Shown piece after piece: positions 27,868-37,135 of a stretch of 64,000 nt of DNA. Position numbers and translations under genes: made by a program. Within the stretch, counting starts at the first letter, position 1; each line of letters starts with the position of its first letter. This DNA comes from an uncultured Chlamydiales bacterium (GTDB lineage: Bacteria > Chlamydiota > Chlamydiia > Chlamydiales > Rhabdochlamydiaceae): the NCBI GenBank assembly GCA_963700985.1, contig OY969554.1, positions 1,248,001 through 1,312,000 of the forward strand, written 5' to 3'. The notes beneath the pieces are model-generated. The model ran no database searches. It had not been told where the DNA came from and saw nothing but the letters and a program-made list of their open reading frames with translations.

Positions 27868-29667
27868 TTAGGAATTCTTTTTCTTCTTGTCGAGCTCTTC
27901 TGAAAGCTTGATCAATTTCTCATACTGCTCAGCGATTTCTTTTTCACGCGCGCTTGTTTTCTTATGAATCTCTTGGATCTTCTGCCTATCACCTTTAGCC
28001 GATGCTTCAGCTAACAGGAGTTGATCTTTAGATTGCTCGCCTTCCATTTCTAAAAGCGTTTTCTCAAGGCGAAAAACTTCATTCTCCAAAGTTTTTAGCG
28101 CTTTAGTGTGTTCAGAGCCACCTGATTTCCCTTTCTGTTCAGAAGAAGCGGATTTGGATTTAGCCTTAGGTGGTGGCCCTTCTTCTTCCCAGCCCACAGT
28201 TTCTAGAAACTCTTCATAACTACCCAAAAAGATCTCCTGCCTGCCAGCATGACACACAACCAATTTGTGAAGTTGCAGACGCTTCAAGATAAGCTCACTG
28301 TGCGTGACGAGAATGCACGCACCAGAAAATTCTTCTAGAGCATCGATAAGCGCTTCGACAGACTCAATATCGAGATGGTGCGTAGGCTCATCCAGAAGCA
28401 GTAAGTTGCAAGGCTTGGCTAATATTTTGCCCAAGAGAACGCGGCTCTTTTCTCCGCCCGAGAGCACTGAGATTTTTTTCTTAGCTTTGTCTCCACCAAA
28501 CATCATCTGCCCACAGATGCGTCTTACATCGGTAAAATTCAGCCGCGGGTTGGCTTCTCCAATCTCCTCTTCGATGGTTCTGGAAGCTCCCAATCTTTGA
28601 ATATTAGTCTGTCCAAAGTAACCAATCAGAGTTTGATCAGCCTGTTTGATTTCACCCTTTTGCGCCGCAAGCTCTTGTGTGAGCAGACGCAGAATGGTGG
28701 ATTTACCGTAACCGTTCTTACCGATGATTGCCACTCTTTCTCCTCTTTCGATAATGAGTGAGAGTTCTTGGATCAAAGGCTTCTCATTTTCAAAGGCAAA
28801 ACTGAGCTCCTTCGTTTCAATCATCTTATTTCCCAAGAAAGGAGTCTCATGGAAGTTGAAGTCGAGGTGATAGAGTTTTTTGAGTTCTTCCATAGCAGGA
28901 ATGCGATCCAGCATCTTCTTGCGTGATTGCGCCTGACCCGCTTTCGAGGCTTTAGCCCCAAAACGATCTACAAAAGATTGGAGATGCTCGCGTTTCTTCT
29001 CGAGATTTTGACGCGTTTTGGCATGCACCTCTTCATCGATGACGATCTGTTTGAAAAACTCTACAGTGCCACCTTGAACTTTACGCACTTTGCCCCGATG
29101 CAGACCCATCGTGTGCGTCGTGATGCTATCCATAAACTCGCGATCATGCGAAATAAGAATGAGTTCTCCCTTCCAGCGGTGCAAAAAACGCGTTAAGAAG
29201 CGCAGCGAGAGAATATCTAAATAGTTGGTAGGTTCATCGAGCAAGAGGCAATCGGGCTCGGAAAGCAGCACTTTTGCAAGGTGCAATCGCAGCTGATAGC
29301 CGCCCGAGAATAATTCAGGAGCCAGATCAAACTCTTCTTCTTTAAAGCCCAAACCTAAGAGCATCTTCTCGGCCAAATAGATCAGATCCCTTTCTTCTTC
29401 TCTTAAACCCATGCAGGCTTCTTCTAAAACGGTGGGACGCGTAAAGCGGATGTGCTGATCTAAATAACCGAGAACATAACCTTTGGAAAAAGAGATGCTT
29501 CCTCGATCGGGTTTTTCTTGGCCCACAAGTAGACGCATTAGCGTTGTTTTCCCCGAGCCATTTCTTCCAACAAGACCGAGGCGCTCTCCTTTATTAATCG
29601 TAAAAGAGACATTTTCAAAAACGCTTTCGCCATTATAGGCAACTGTAAGATCATCAGCTTGAATCAT
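27868..29667 (-). CDS. ABC-F family ATPase with C-terminal coiled coil
   Basis: GRNGSGKT, GKNGYGKS, DEPTNYLD and LSGGEK motifs. Confidence 0.93.
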   Translation of the reverse strand: MIQADDLTVAYNGESVFENVSFTINKGERLGLVGRNGSGKTTLMRLLVGQEKPDRGSISFSKGYVLGYLDQHIRFTRPTVLEEACMGLREEERDLIYLAEKMLLGLGFKEEEFDLAPELFSGGYQLRLHLAKVLLSEPDCLLLDEPTNYLDILSLRFLTRFLHRWKGELILISHDREFMDSITTHTMGLHRGKVRKVQGGTVEFFKQIVIDEEVHAKTRQNLEKKREHLQSFVDRFGAKASKAGQAQSRKKMLDRIPAMEELKKLYHLDFNFHETPFLGNKMIETKELSFAFENEKPLIQELSLIIERGERVAIIGKNGYGKSTILRLLTQELAAQKGEIKQADQTLIGYFGQTNIQRLGASRTIEEEIGEANPRLNFTDVRRICGQMMFGGDKAKKKISVLSGGEKSRVLLGKILAKPCNLLLLDEPTHHLDIESVEALIDALEEFSGACILVTHSELILKRLQLHKLVVCHAGRQEIFLGSYEEFLETVGWEEEGPPPKAKSKSASSEQKGKSGGSEHTKALKTLENEVFRLEKTLLEMEGEQSKDQLLLAEASAKGDRQKIQEIHKKTSAREKEIAEQYEKLIKLSEELDKKKKNS

Positions 29668-29750
29668 TTATCTATATAATAAGAGGTTGATTAAAAAAAT
29701 ATTTACACAATGAATTTCCCTCAGTTTTACCACATTAATTTAATAATGTC

Positions 29751-29780
29751 TTGAATTAACGCATCAATCTGCGTTAAACT
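29751..29780 (+). promoter_or_regulatory. Sigma70-type promoter with palindromic operator in the spacer
   Basis: TTGAAT-18-TAAACT, with TTAACGCA-N6-TGCGTTAA at 29756-29777. Confidence 0.55.
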
Positions 29781-29787
29781 TGTTGCT

Positions 29788-29916
29788 ATGAAAACAAATG
29801 GATCTAAATTCTATTCTCTTTCGGAGAGTGTGAACACTAGCGGCAGCCTTGCCTCTAGTGATAAGTCCTTTTGTGTCGTCGCTATTCTTAATATTTCTCT
29901 GCTGATTGTGCGCTAA
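29788..29916 (+). CDS. Putative 42-aa leader peptide
   Basis: MKTNGSKFYSLSESVNTSGSLASSDKSFCVVAILNISLLIVR; starts 7 nt after the -10 hexamer and has an I/L/V-rich end. Confidence 0.4.
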   Translation: MKTNGSKFYSLSESVNTSGSLASSDKSFCVVAILNISLLIVR

Positions 29917-30028
29917 CACGCACATACACATTTAACTACCCTCACATTTTTATTTTTCAACAAACAAATTAGAAAAACTAATTAGAGCGCGCCTACTTTG
30001 TAGGTACCCTCTTAGCAGAGGAATTATT

Positions 30029-30934
30029 ATGTCATCAACTAGTGAAGTACGCTCATCGCGTACATTAAATGAAGCCGGTCAAATTTTTAATGGCGTGGCT
30101 TCTAGCGTAGGTATGTTAGCCGTGGTGCAGCCAGGTTTTGCTATCAAAACGGCTCTTTTTTGCGGGGATGGATTTCCCGCTTTCAGAGCCTTGTACAGCG
30201 GATTTGGGATGAATTGTGCGGGTGTTGCACCTGCTCAAGCCACGGCATTTATGGTAAATGGAATGATGGAGAGTTATTTCAAACATGTGAATAACGGGGA
30301 GCCCACAACAAATATGCAAAAACTCTTCGGAGGATTTGTAGGAGCAACTGCAGGCGCTCCATTTGCTGCCATATTTGAAAGACCCATGGTCATCCAGCAA
30401 CGCGAGAAAAATGCCGCCCAAACAGCCATAGCCAAACTCCTCAAGCAAGGATACACGCCGAAGGAGGCAGAGGCAACGGTCCCAAAACCGAGCACAGCCA
30501 AGGAAGCAGTAATCAAGATCTACCAACAAGATGGCGCAAGAGGCTTTGTAAAAGGTTTAGGGCCAACCCTTGTTAGAGAAAATAAATTTGGTGTGTGCTT
30601 CTTTGCTGTTAGAGAAATCATGGAAGAGTCCATGGAGAATTCGGTGCAAAACGCTAAAGTGCGGAGCGTAGTTGCAAGTGTAGGCACAGGAGCTTTTGCC
30701 GGCTTTCTCAGCTCACCTGGGGATCGCGTTAAAACGCTCGTGCAGGGAGATCTCAAAGGCTCCTACTCGCCATGGAAAGTGACGAGAGAATTGGCGAGCA
30801 AAGAAGGCTTTACAGCTCTCTGGAAAGGTGCTGGTGCACGGGCAACGCTTGTGGCAAGCGCAATGCTTGTAATGGGAGAAGCTAAGCAGGCTTTTCCGGC
30901 ATATTATCCTGACTGGATGCACAAAAAAATGTAA
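30029..30934 (+). CDS. Mitochondrial carrier family (SLC25-like) protein
   Basis: Three-repeat layout of ~300 aa with carrier signatures QPGFAIKT, SPGDRVKTLVQ, ALYSG, DGARGFVKGLGP and EGFTALWKGAGA. Confidence 0.88.
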   Translation: MSSTSEVRSSRTLNEAGQIFNGVASSVGMLAVVQPGFAIKTALFCGDGFPAFRALYSGFGMNCAGVAPAQATAFMVNGMMESYFKHVNNGEPTTNMQKLFGGFVGATAGAPFAAIFERPMVIQQREKNAAQTAIAKLLKQGYTPKEAEATVPKPSTAKEAVIKIYQQDGARGFVKGLGPTLVRENKFGVCFFAVREIMEESMENSVQNAKVRSVVASVGTGAFAGFLSSPGDRVKTLVQGDLKGSYSPWKVTRELASKEGFTALWKGAGARATLVASAMLVMGEAKQAFPAYYPDWMHKKM

Positions 30935-30956
30935 TCCTTTCAGCGTAATCTTTCAT

Positions 30957-30988
30957 GGGCCCGTGCAAACGCACGGGCTTTATTCTTT
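30957..30988 (+). terminator. Intrinsic terminator between convergent genes
   Basis: GCCCGTGC-AAAC-GCACGGGC followed by TTTATTCTTT. Confidence 0.75.
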
Positions 30989-32282
30989 ATGGCAGTGAAG
31001 AGGGAGTAGTAGGTTTGCAATAGGTCTCTTTCACACCTAGCATTAGGAACAGAGAAATAACCAAAAATATAGGAATAATCAGAAAAGCCGCTTTGTAAGA
31101 GTGAAGCGCAAAAGCTCGCGCACCATCTACCATTCTTCCATCCCATCCCATGTCGAGAAATTTTCCTGTTAATGGATCAGAAAAGGCTCCAAGCGATGCA
31201 TCAAATGCATTCATAAAGCCGATTGCCGTGGCGGCCAAAAATGGCTGCGTAACTTCACGAATCATCGTAAATGAGAGCAGAAAGCTGCTGATTGAAAATC
31301 CAAAAATAAAAAGCAATAAAGCGAGCAAGGAATAAGAGATACCAGGGGCGTAAATAACCGTCGTTATCGAAAATAACGCGAACAGCGTCCCCCAAAACAT
31401 TACTATGCGCCGACGACCTATCCAATCAGAAAACCAGCCGAACATAGGCGCGCCTACTGCAAACCCAATGAAAATCAGAGAAACTGATTGCGACGCGATA
31501 TTATGACTCAAATTAAAAGATTCTGCCACAAAAGGCACACCCCATAATCCACCAAATACCATGACTGGTGCAAAAGCAAAGCCGCTGTAAGCAGAAAGCC
31601 ACCAAGCTTGCGAATTTTTGAAAATCACCTTCAAGCTATCCCAAAGAGAGATCTTGGTAGACACGATGTGTTTTTCTCTTATGTGATCAGGTGCTCGATC
31701 GCGGACGACCAGCCAAAAGATGCCAGCTAAAATCAGCCCGGCAAAACCGATGATTTCTAAAGAATTGCGCCATTCAAAAGCCGCGATAAATTCAGCAAGC
31801 GGAGCTTGCCCACCCACTGCACCTAGCATTGCCAACGTCATCATTAGACCTGCCATAAAAGCGAAGTGGCGAAAAGGGAACCAGTTTGCAATCAGTTTCA
31901 AACAGTTAACGGCTGCAAAAGCCGCGCCAGCACCTGTTAAAAAGCGCCCAACTCCTGCAAGAAATAGAGTGTCAGCGTTTGCAAAGATCAAACTACCACC
32001 CGCACATACAGCAATTGAAATCGTAGTGACTTTTCTTGGCCCAAATTTATCAAGCAATAGACCGGCCGGAATTTGCAGAAGAAGATAAGCATAAAAGTAA
32101 CAAGCCGCAAGATTGCCGAGCTGCACGCCATTAATGTGAAACGTCTTCATGAGCGTTGAAGTCATCACACTTGGAGAGACCTCCAGCGCATATTTGTAGA
32201 ACATAAAAAACGCGCTCAACAACCAGATGGTCCACGCCCGTATCGGGTAAGCCAACTTCTCGCGTGTATCTTTCTTTGACAT
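30987..32282 (-). CDS. MFS transporter
   Basis: Motif A GLLLDKFGPRK and GWFSDWIGRRR; 12 TM helices. ATG 32282 chosen as the start. Confidence 0.92.
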   Translation of the reverse strand: MSKKDTREKLAYPIRAWTIWLLSAFFMFYKYALEVSPSVMTSTLMKTFHINGVQLGNLAACYFYAYLLLQIPAGLLLDKFGPRKVTTISIAVCAGGSLIFANADTLFLAGVGRFLTGAGAAFAAVNCLKLIANWFPFRHFAFMAGLMMTLAMLGAVGGQAPLAEFIAAFEWRNSLEIIGFAGLILAGIFWLVVRDRAPDHIREKHIVSTKISLWDSLKVIFKNSQAWWLSAYSGFAFAPVMVFGGLWGVPFVAESFNLSHNIASQSVSLIFIGFAVGAPMFGWFSDWIGRRRIVMFWGTLFALFSITTVIYAPGISYSLLALLLFIFGFSISSFLLSFTMIREVTQPFLAATAIGFMNAFDASLGAFSDPLTGKFLDMGWDGRMVDGARAFALHSYKAAFLIIPIFLVISLFLMLGVKETYCKPTTPSSLP

Positions 32283-32385
32283 GACGCTCTCCAAAAATAA
32301 ATTCGATTTATCGCAGTATAGCAAAGCGCTGCCCTCTGCTGTCACCAAAAAAATGTATTGCGAGTTTTAACTTAAATCCTCAAAA

Positions 32386-33645
32386 ATGCGCTGTCAAAAA
32401 AATTATAACAAGGAAGCGTCTGTGAAAAACGCACATCGAATCTGCACAGGATTATCACTCATTGCAACCAGCCTTCTGCTAAGTGAAGAACTACATTGCA
32501 ATCCGACAATCTCCACCGAAATAGCTGTGGAAACAGCCGCGCAAGAAAACTTGCAAGTACCACTATTAGCAGAGGCTCCTGCCGATGTAAAACAAAGCAG
32601 GAAAGAAAACACGCATTGCGCTGTAAAAGCTAATGGATCAGATGCCTTTTGCAGAAGGTTCGAAGCACACCTAGATTTCCTATATTGGAAAGCCGATGAA
32701 GATGGATTAGAGTATGGCACGAAGATGGTCGCCCCTCCTTTGATCGGCGAATCTTCAACTGCAAAGACAAAATTGCTCGATCTTCATTTCGAATGGGACC
32801 CAGGCTTCCGCTTAGGTGCAGGATATACCTTTGATCAGCTCGACTGCTGGTCGCTTAATTTAAATTGGACACACATTCGTAATCACGCTCATGCAAAAGC
32901 ATCAGCTAAAGGCATTGAATCGCAAACCGGCAGTGTAGATACAATTATCTCTCCATGGGTAAATCTGCTTTTTGAATTGAGAGCTGGAGCCTCTAAAGCT
33001 GAAGCGCATTGGCATGTGGATTATAACACTCTGGATCTAGACTTTAGCCGAAGCGTGTCTCTAAGCAAAAAATTCAGCTTAAATCCCCACTTTGGTCTTC
33101 GAGGAGCCTGGATCGACCAAGATTATAAAGCTAAATATAAAAGTGTTTTCATTCTTGCGGAAAGTTCGCCTCATTTTACGAGAAATGTAACTTTTAAAGG
33201 CAAAAACGAGTTCAGCGGATTTGGATTAAGAGGCGGCACAGAGCTCCTCTGCCATTTGAGCCCCAACTGGCATATCTTCTCTCAATTTGCAGGGAATCTT
33301 TTGTACGGCAGATTTAGAGTGAACATGAAGAACCTGCATGATCAAGGGTTAGGAGAAGGAGATATCCCTCCTATGCCTCTCGACTTCAAAGCCTCCGAAC
33401 ATTTCTGGCGTGTGCGCCTCAGCTTCGAAGAAGCAATTGGACTGGGCTGGGATAGATCTTTCCGATGCGATAAGTATCGCTTAAGACTCCGCGCAGCATA
33501 CGAGCTCTCTCAGTGGCTTAACCAAAATGAACTCTTTTACACCTTCTACTTCCGTGGGCAAGATACAATTTCTAGCGTTCCCATCCGAAGCCAAGGCGAT
33601 TTAAGTTTTCATGGAATTCGTGCCGGGCTCCAATTCGACTTTTAA
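32386..33645 (+). CDS. Outer membrane porin-like protein (Lpg1974/MOMP-like)
   Basis: FLYWKADEDGLEY, WDPGFRLGAGY and GDLSFHG...FDF motifs, ending in Phe. Confidence 0.8.
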   Translation: MRCQKNYNKEASVKNAHRICTGLSLIATSLLLSEELHCNPTISTEIAVETAAQENLQVPLLAEAPADVKQSRKENTHCAVKANGSDAFCRRFEAHLDFLYWKADEDGLEYGTKMVAPPLIGESSTAKTKLLDLHFEWDPGFRLGAGYTFDQLDCWSLNLNWTHIRNHAHAKASAKGIESQTGSVDTIISPWVNLLFELRAGASKAEAHWHVDYNTLDLDFSRSVSLSKKFSLNPHFGLRGAWIDQDYKAKYKSVFILAESSPHFTRNVTFKGKNEFSGFGLRGGTELLCHLSPNWHIFSQFAGNLLYGRFRVNMKNLHDQGLGEGDIPPMPLDFKASEHFWRVRLSFEEAIGLGWDRSFRCDKYRLRLRAAYELSQWLNQNELFYTFYFRGQDTISSVPIRSQGDLSFHGIRAGLQFDF

Positions 33646-33666
33646 AATGGAAAACAGGATGACTAA

Positions 33667-34104
33667 CTAGCTCACCAATAGGGGTCTTCTACTTGGATTG
33701 GCCGCATGCAAAAGCTCAGCGTATTTTTCAAGACTTGGCCTTGCATAGGCTCTTTCATAACGTGCATAGGCATTTGGAGATTTTGATTTTAGTCTCTTTG
33801 AAACTTCTCTAATAGTTGACCCGCCTCGTAAGCGTTGTCTTTTTAAGCCAAGAGCGAGCAAAAGTTTGTCTTCTGTTGCTCCCATCCCAATAACGCCATT
33901 TTCATAGAGATTAACCGCGAGTTGGAATCGCTTGCCGAGTAATTCTTCATATGAGTCTTTTAAAAGCTCCATCACAGCATCTTTAATCATCTCTAAGGCT
34001 TCTTTTCTAGTGCGTCCTTGGGTCATGACATCCAGAAAAGAAACTTCGATGAGCCACCCTGAACTATCAGGATCTTTCCAAACTCTGCCTTCTAACTCAA
34101 TCAT
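33667..34104 (-). CDS. HicB-like antitoxin with C-terminal HTH
   Basis: MTQGRTRKEALEMIKDAV (HicB-like) and TIREVSKRL...YARYE (HTH). Confidence 0.78.
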   Translation of the reverse strand: MIELEGRVWKDPDSSGWLIEVSFLDVMTQGRTRKEALEMIKDAVMELLKDSYEELLGKRFQLAVNLYENGVIGMGATEDKLLLALGLKRQRLRGGSTIREVSKRLKSKSPNAYARYERAYARPSLEKYAELLHAANPSRRPLLVS

Positions 34105-34181
34105 TGACGTATACGCTTAAGTGAACAAAGCTAAATTTTTAGCAGATATAAGAATTCCTCAGAACCACTATTCGAAAGTAA

Positions 34182-34838
34182 CTATAGCTTTGAAAAATGA
34201 GCAAGATCAGCAGGCATGTATTCCATGGGTCGAGATATCGAAACCAAACGAGAAGCATCTGTTACTAATTGAGGTAAGAGACAGCGTTCAAGATGTTCGA
34301 TGCGAATCTTAGTTTTATCCGAAGAAACCTGTATTAGTTCATGACTATGAAAGTAACGAGGAGGAGCCACAGTTGTGATCCGTTTTTCTGGAAAATGCCT
34401 TCGTACCATCTTAATGGCTGGCGCAAGATCAGAATCGTTCGAAATAACAAGAGCACGGTCGAATGCATCTTGATACGCTAGATCAAGAAGAAACAAAGCA
34501 ATATTGACATTCGTCTCTTTTTCTTCATGACCAACCCACTTATGATCACAAGATGGACATTTTCGATTCTTCTTTTTGAAGTGTCCGAGAATGGGCACTA
34601 CCCCTGTTAATTCTAAAGCACGGATATAAGCCTTTTTACATCTTTGTGTGGATTCGGCGACATGTTCAGCATATGCGGAAAAGTAAAACACTTGAGAAAG
34701 CTATTCAGTATGAGATTTGAGAAATACCTTTGAGAGAGCTCTTAAATCTGTCCATTTTAGTTCAGAACGACGAAGAGTCGATATTGCATGGTAAAGATTA
34801 AAACCATCAATGAAACAAACTACACGTTGTCGATCCAT
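34182..34838 (-). pseudogene. NYN (LabA/DUF88, PIN-like) RNase gene interrupted by one in-frame TAG at 34701-34703
   Basis: MDRQRVVCFIDGFNLYH...SHTE*LSQVFYFSAY...EEKETNVNIA...ISNDSDLAP, all in one frame from ATG 34838. Confidence 0.85.
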
Positions 34839-34849
34839 GAAGAACCTTT

Positions 34850-34912
34850 AAAAAACGTGCCACGAGCCGGAGCCCGTGGCTTTCGCATGGGGTAATCCAT
34901 GCGGGACGATAC
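34850..34912 (-). ncRNA. Putative two-hairpin small RNA/leader with terminator upstream of the NYN gene
   Basis: On the minus strand: CGCATGG-ATTACC-CCATGCG, AAA, GCCACGGGC-TCCG-GCTCGTGGC, then ACGTTTTTT. A promoter-like TTTACA..TACGAT lies upstream. Confidence 0.55.
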
Positions 34913-35009
34913 AACCATCGTAATAGATCGAAAGATTTCTTGTAAAATAGTTTTGAAAAGGCATTGATGCTACTTTCCTTAACATACTCCAGCCAGAAAG
35001 CGATTGCAC

Positions 35010-35342
35010 TTAAGTTAAGGGCTCTAAACCTTGAGCCATTGCAAAAGCAAAGATACCAATTAGAGAAAGAATAGTAGATAACTTCTGATCTAGGAGCTCT
35101 TCATGACTTTTCTGTCCCCAAGTTAGAATTTTTGATCCCAAGGCACCTAAAGTTGTCCCCCAGCAGATATATCCAGTATAACAGAGAAGTGTTACACAGA
35201 TTTTTGCAACCGGAAAAAAACTGTTAATTAAAAAAGATGTAACCAAAGCCAGCAGCACGATTCCCATACTACACGTCAACATTTTCAAATATGAATTTTT
35301 AACCTTTGTAGTGCCATTTTCACTCTCTAATGCAGTAGACAT
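35010..35342 (-). CDS. Small membrane protein
   Basis: GGAGG RBS; three hydrophobic segments. Confidence 0.65.
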   Translation of the reverse strand: MSTALESENGTTKVKNSYLKMLTCSMGIVLLALVTSFLINSFFPVAKICVTLLCYTGYICWGTTLGALGSKILTWGQKSHEELLDQKLSTILSLIGIFAFAMAQGLEPLT

Positions 35343-35458
35343 TGTAAAACCTCCAAAATTGCTAGTTGAATTTGAGATCAGCAGACTCGAATTTTATAAA
35401 ATGCACTATTAGGTTTCAAATCTTATAGCTCTAGTCATAGAGGAAAGCTGTTCAAAAA

Positions 35459-36514
35459 CTAATCCGAAGAATGAAGCTTTAGGGGCCACCCGTTGGCGGC
35501 TTTTTCTTTGGTTTTTTGGAGAGCTTCAGAAAGTTCTGCATCGATTGAGGTAAGCCGAAGCACATTTCCATCGTGAAGGATCCAAGGGTCAATTCCGCGA
35601 CAGCGGAATTTTATGAGAAGAGTGGCCTCTGATGGTTCCACCAAGCTGTAGTATTGAAGAGGATCTGCAAGCATGCCCATTCTGTTTTGAATTAATCGAT
35701 CTTTTGATCCGCGCAATTTGTTCCAAATGACTTCATCTGTGCCAAAGTGAAATTCATTCCAAGAGATTAGGCCAATTTTCAGCCCATGTAAAATCGCATC
35801 AGCAAGCCAGCGCGAGGTCACATAATTCTGGGCGCTCCCCCAACAATCTTCGGTCATAAACAGCGAAAAGCGCATCAATTTAGCGGCGAGATCTTTTCGA
35901 GTACTCAGCCACTTTCCCTCTACAAAAAACAGATCATTGAAAAACTCTTGTGCTTCTTCTCGAGTTAAAAAGTTCTGAAAAAAGGCGCCTTGAATATTGT
36001 AATCGATTCTATCCGCACACAGATTTGGAAGAGACTGTTCTAGCATGCTGAATTTATTCCGCTTTGGAAGAACTTGCTCTACGGAAAAACCGTGTTTATT
36101 CAAGATCTCTTCTATGCCCGAAACTGCTAAGTAGAATCTAAAAATTGTAGATTGGTAATCATCTTCTTGATACTCCTTCTCAAAAACCCAATCTCCTACA
36201 TGCGAAAAAGCCGTATGCGAAACGTCATGCAGAAGCCCTGCGATCTGCTCTTCAAGCGATGCCCCTTTTACTTTTAGAATCGCAAATACACCGAGCGAAT
36301 GATCAAAACGCGTATACTCTTCGTGGTGTGTTGTATAATAAGCCACGCCATACTGATGGATGGATTTTAGTCTTTGAACAGCTGGCGAATTAATCAATTC
36401 GATGAGCACTGGCTCTTCAACTTCAACCGCGCCATAAAAGGTCTCTACCCTTGCACCAAGCAGCTCGAGACTAAGACAAACAAAGAAAATTAATAATCGT
36501 GAAGAAAAAGTCAT
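35459..36514 (-). CDS. HD-domain phosphohydrolase with possible signal peptide
   Basis: RFDHSLGV, GLLHDVSHTAFSH and LCADRIDY motifs. Confidence 0.9.
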   Translation of the reverse strand: MTFSSRLLIFFVCLSLELLGARVETFYGAVEVEEPVLIELINSPAVQRLKSIHQYGVAYYTTHHEEYTRFDHSLGVFAILKVKGASLEEQIAGLLHDVSHTAFSHVGDWVFEKEYQEDDYQSTIFRFYLAVSGIEEILNKHGFSVEQVLPKRNKFSMLEQSLPNLCADRIDYNIQGAFFQNFLTREEAQEFFNDLFFVEGKWLSTRKDLAAKLMRFSLFMTEDCWGSAQNYVTSRWLADAILHGLKIGLISWNEFHFGTDEVIWNKLRGSKDRLIQNRMGMLADPLQYYSLVEPSEATLLIKFRCRGIDPWILHDGNVLRLTSIDAELSEALQKTKEKAANGWPLKLHSSD

Positions 36515-36516
36515 AT

Positions 36517-36870
36517 TTAGCTTTTTATGCTTTCGTAAACCCAAGCGAATATGCCCGAAGATAAGCGAACTTTGACTCTCCGATAATCTGCTACTTCATA
36601 CTTATCTGCCTCTTCTAGCTCTTTGAGAGAAACTTCAAACACCATCCCTTGAACTTGATCTTTCGGATTGCCTGAAAAGTGAATGATCGAGTGAACATCT
36701 TCTCCGCTCTTGGCAATCACATCTGGATCGGTAATTTGTAATTTCTCTAAGCGATAGCCTGGAAGATGATCTACCCTTCCGGTCAATTTTCGCCCAAAGG
36801 TCGCAATTTGAACTTTTTCGTATTGCAACGTTCCATAAGAGAACAGATTTTCTGCGTCTTCTTTTTTCAT
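36517..36870 (-). CDS. Gamma-glutamylcyclotransferase (AIG2-like) family protein
   Basis: LFSYGTLQ...ADKYEVADYRR. Confidence 0.88.
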   Translation of the reverse strand: MKKEDAENLFSYGTLQYEKVQIATFGRKLTGRVDHLPGYRLEKLQITDPDVIAKSGEDVHSIIHFSGNPKDQVQGMVFEVSLKELEEADKYEVADYRRVKVRLSSGIFAWVYESIKS

Positions 36871-37135
36871 ATGTTTTTTGCCACAAAATCTCTATTCAAA
36901 CGAAACATTTATAATAGAGCACATTTTAAAATTAAAGATGGAGCGAAACGTCCATTTTATTTTTGGAGGTTAGATCTTTGCCTGAAAATCATCTGAAAGC
37001 GGGAATTTTGAGAAGAGACAGCTTTTTCGTGTTTCAATGTTGCCTAGGAAAACAAATTTTACGCATATCCAAATTTATACCCTAATGATAACCTTTAGCT
37101 CATAGTTCACGAACTAACCTTTACAGGATCAATAT

